A stretch of 64,000 nucleotides of DNA, taken from positions 12,633,263 to 12,697,262 of the forward strand of contig NC_134028.1 of assembly GCF_964204645.1 (NCBI RefSeq), given 5' to 3'. This DNA comes from Tubulanus polymorphus. Lineage: Eukaryota > Animalia > Nemertea. This document shows positions 60,431 to 64,000 of the stretch, one piece after another. The position numbers were made by a program, and so were the translations under genes. The notes under the pieces were generated by a model that was not told where the DNA came from, ran no database searches, and saw nothing but the letters and a program-made list of their open reading frames with translations. Position 1 is the first letter of the stretch, and every line of letters begins with the position of its first letter.

Positions 60431-63154
60431 CTCGGCTCGCGGTCGGTGGTTTAATGGGAACACATCTGGTTGTTACTAGTTTAACAGTTGACGAATTCAG
60501 AAAACTTTTTTCAAATGTCTTTGATAACTTTTTAAACATAGTATTCTTCTTAATTACATTTCGCTGATTCCATAGATATTTTTTCATGAAAATTGCTCCA
60601 GTTATAACGGATTTAAACACATGTAAAATGATTATTTTCAAAATATTCAATTTTATCCGATTTTGAAGAAATTCTGAAACAATATCATCTCCACTCGACA
60701 CATGATTTTACTTCGGCGCCTTTGAAGGGAGTGTCACTTGTTGTTGGTTCATATTTAGTCAAACAAGAAGATATGCCTGATTCCTTTTTAGAATTTAGAT
60801 TTCGACGGATATCATCAAATTACTAGAAAGGGACAGCAGCTTTCGGTCATCCGCAAAAAAAATACCTAAAATGCTTTCCTAGGGTTACGGAAAAACATGT
60901 CACGAAACATACGGAAAATCCTTTGTTTGGTAGACTGAAATTATTGAACTCTTAAATAGCAACATTCAGCGAAACAAAAACATAAGAATATATTCTCGCC
61001 CACCCTTTAAAAAAACAACGTGATTTCAATTGAAGATGACACGTAGCCTCATATCAAATGATATGAACGCAACAGAGCCTATTCATTCTCTTTACGAGGA
61101 TGGGTCTCCACATTCATAGGATACGATACGAGATTCGTGGGTACGAATGATGAATACAACTGATAAAGCGCCAATTTCACTGATTCTTGCACATAAAGGT
61201 GTTTTAGAGTAATCTAGTTAACAGGTGTGTTTTAGGAGTATTTTGAATTTAAATTGAAATCGGGGTTCATGACGAATATTGAGCATTCTAGGGCTGGAGC
61301 AAGAAACGTGTGGGATCGTCCGCCCAAGAAATAATAAGGAGCCAGTCCGTGGTGGCTATTGAAAGCGACGACCGCATGTGAATGCATTGATTGAATGACA
61401 TCTCAAAAGTCAGATTATATAAAATTGAACATGATATATGGATAGGTTATTCCATACGTCTGGTAAAAACGATGCCCAATATGTGATATGAATGTTCAAT
61501 TAAAAAGTAGAAACCGAATCCATGATTCAGTCTGGTATTGTTATAACATCAACCACTCAAATTTAATCCTTTGTTAGATTGGTAGCCAGTGTAGATTAGC
61601 AAGAATAGTGGTCCCTAATTTTAATGTGGACTGTTCAACAAGTTGGAGTTTGTGTAGAGATGAATGAGTTTAAAATGGAGTGGACTTTAGATAATACTGT
61701 TTGAATGTCTATTACTCAATCTTTTTATTGATCATAAAAAATTGTGGTAAAATATTTGACTCTACGGTTGGTTTTAGATTGTATCTCTCCACGCCAGAGG
61801 TAATCACGGATATTGGACTACACAAAATTCCTTGTGTACAGCTCAACTTATTAAATCCCTGGAAAAGCTCGCCACGGATATATCTCAGTAATGATTAATT
61901 TTCCCACAAATTCTCCCCTTCGAAAAACCTAAACAACCAATGTACGCTTGCTCTAAGTTTGCCAATGCACTATTGTTACCTTTTCTAGCTATTTGCACTA
62001 GCTGTTTGCCGCAAATAGATTGCTTCCTCTATTACAGGAGTAAAGGATGATACAGCTCTGTGACCCGTTTCTCAAAAGATAGTTTAAATTAGACTTACAG
62101 CTTTCTCTATTGGTTAGCGTTGTGATCACTCAAAATTAACCATAAGTTTGAATTCTCACTGATCTACTACATCTCTATAACAAAAATATATTTCATATCA
62201 GGCAATTAGCTTTGATCTGTGGACAGCAGCTACGAAACATTTAAAACTACTACATTATCATTCCATCTATTCATGTATATATAATATGATATGATATCTT
62301 CTTTGTTCAGTTTAAAAGTCTTGATCGTAAAAGTTTGACAAGTCTCGCATGTTGGTACCGATACGCACGTTCACGCGAGTGAAATGTGCACGTTACAGGC
62401 TCAAATGCGCACGTTACAATTACAAATGGAAACGTTGTTCGTTCAAAACCCTACGTAAAAATCTTATGCATTTTAGCGGAATTTCAAAGTTAGCTCGCTA
62501 CCTACAACAAAAATCGGACAAGACTTTTTCAAGCGACACATTTAAATGTAAGAGCTAGTAGTACCAACGAAGGATTCACTAAACATATAAATTACTTATG
62601 GGGGTTCTGGTTAGCACTGGTAACTGGTCTGTAATGGTCAAGCATTGGTCAGTTAAACAATTTTTAGATTAATTCCCACATCCTATCTAGTTATTTGACA
62701 CCAAACAACTTAATTGTTTGCAAACAAATAATTTACTATATGGTCAGTACTGGTCATGCATTGGTCAGTTAAAAGACCATGGTCCACGCCACATTCGATA
62801 CCAAACATGATTGGATTGTGTCGTTTCGAAAATGTATCTGTTGGGCAATTAGTGGTCAGCCCTGGTTCGTTAGGTTCTTATTTTGCGGGCATTTTATCTC
62901 GAACCACCGAAAGACCGAATCACTAATTAATTCACCAGATCGTTAATTGCTGAAAATGAAGATTAGTGTTTAACTAATAGTCCTTGTCTGAACAAAATGT
63001 CTCTGGTATGGGTCCTATGGAATCATGTCCTTAACTGTACACCGTACTGTATCTTTGTACTGTATCTTTTTATGTTCACTACTACCGTAATTGACTATGA
63101 TGTTTTCAAGTGGTCTTAAGTACCGCTAATAGCCGAAAGTCGTTGATTTATGTT

Positions 63155-64000
63155 TTACGATTACGATTACGATTTATTTACACTCCAACCATTTCCATGG
63201 TATATGGAGGAAAACTATTACACATGTATATACAAATATTTACAAAACAACACTGAAATGATTAAAATTTAGAGAATGAAAACGTAACGAAATATATATA
63301 TACATCAACTATTTACAATACTATATATACTATTAAATACATCAACTATTTACAATACTATATATACTATTGGAGGGATCTATATACATCTAAGCCGGTC
63401 TTAATGAATTTAGCTAAGTTGACCGTTGGGTTTTTCAGAATATCAAGGGTATTTAAGGTATTCAAATTCAAAAAGTTTTTGCGTTGTTCGTTAAGTAAGG
63501 TACAGTCAAACAGAAAATGGGATTCGTCACCTAAAGTATTACAAGTGGGGCATATTCTATCGGCTCTGTCTAAATGAAGGTTTGAAAATTTGTTCACAGG
63601 TAAAATATAGGACCCGACCCTAAATTCAAATAAACTAGTTCCTAAGTCATCACCAAGTTCTATTATATACTTCTCTAACCTAATATCATTTTTATATTGC
63701 CTAAAGTTAGTGTATATCGGATTAGTATTTATGGCAGATACAGTTTCTTGAAGGTGCTGGTCACGGAGTATCTGTTTTATTCGTTTTGAAAAAGATTTAC
63801 TGTTAGTCATGAATTGCTGAGTCCAAATGCAGGACAAACCACAGTCATCAAACGTTTTCTTTATATATGATAACCAAGGGCTCTTAAATTTATCCCTTAA
63901 AAATAAATTGAAAGATATTTTATAGAGTATTGAATTAAGTTTGGTTTGCTTTCCAGATACTGTTTAACCCAAAAGTTAATCATCCTGCGTCTAACATCTA
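63155..64000 (-). mobile_element. 3' end of a non-LTR retrotransposon (RTEX/Nimb-like), running off the window
   Basis: ORF 63367-63837 ends with RICPTCN..GDESHFLFDC (ORF2 CCHC); minus-strand AATAAA followed by a (TCGTAA)3 tail. Confidence 0.8.

Overview
Eukaryotic (animal, probably invertebrate) genomic DNA made almost entirely of nested mobile elements; no host gene is recognisable. From left to right: (1) fold-back and MITE elements at 3.4-7.0 kb. (2) A Sailor-type (IS630-Tc1-mariner, DD83E) DNA transposon at 7714-37452, whose transposase I could assemble by hand as an open 7-exon, 529-aa gene with a C-terminal PHD finger. Its left TIR has been split by a near-intact Gypsy LTR retrotransposon (7865-17294, with an extra C2H2 zinc-finger ORF3) and by a MULE-like element (17356-28245). 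The MULE-like element carries a Ulp1-protease/PHD fragment, Penelope fragments with a hammerhead ribozyme, and a 42-bp minisatellite. (3) A full-length but decayed, very AT-rich Polinton/Maverick virus-like element at 40581-60430, with a 6-bp TSD CTCGGC and ~620-bp TIRs ending in ~185-bp hairpins. It encodes pPolB, penton, MCP, packaging ATPase, integrase, an HNH nuclease and several membrane proteins, but no visible maturation protease. 14 of its 16 gene starts are TAAATG, preceded by T-rich or A-rich tracts resembling poxvirus late and intermediate promoters, which suggests a virophage-like dependence on a pox-like helper virus. (4) The 3' end of a LINE at the right edge. All calls come from reading the sequence by eye; no database searches were run.
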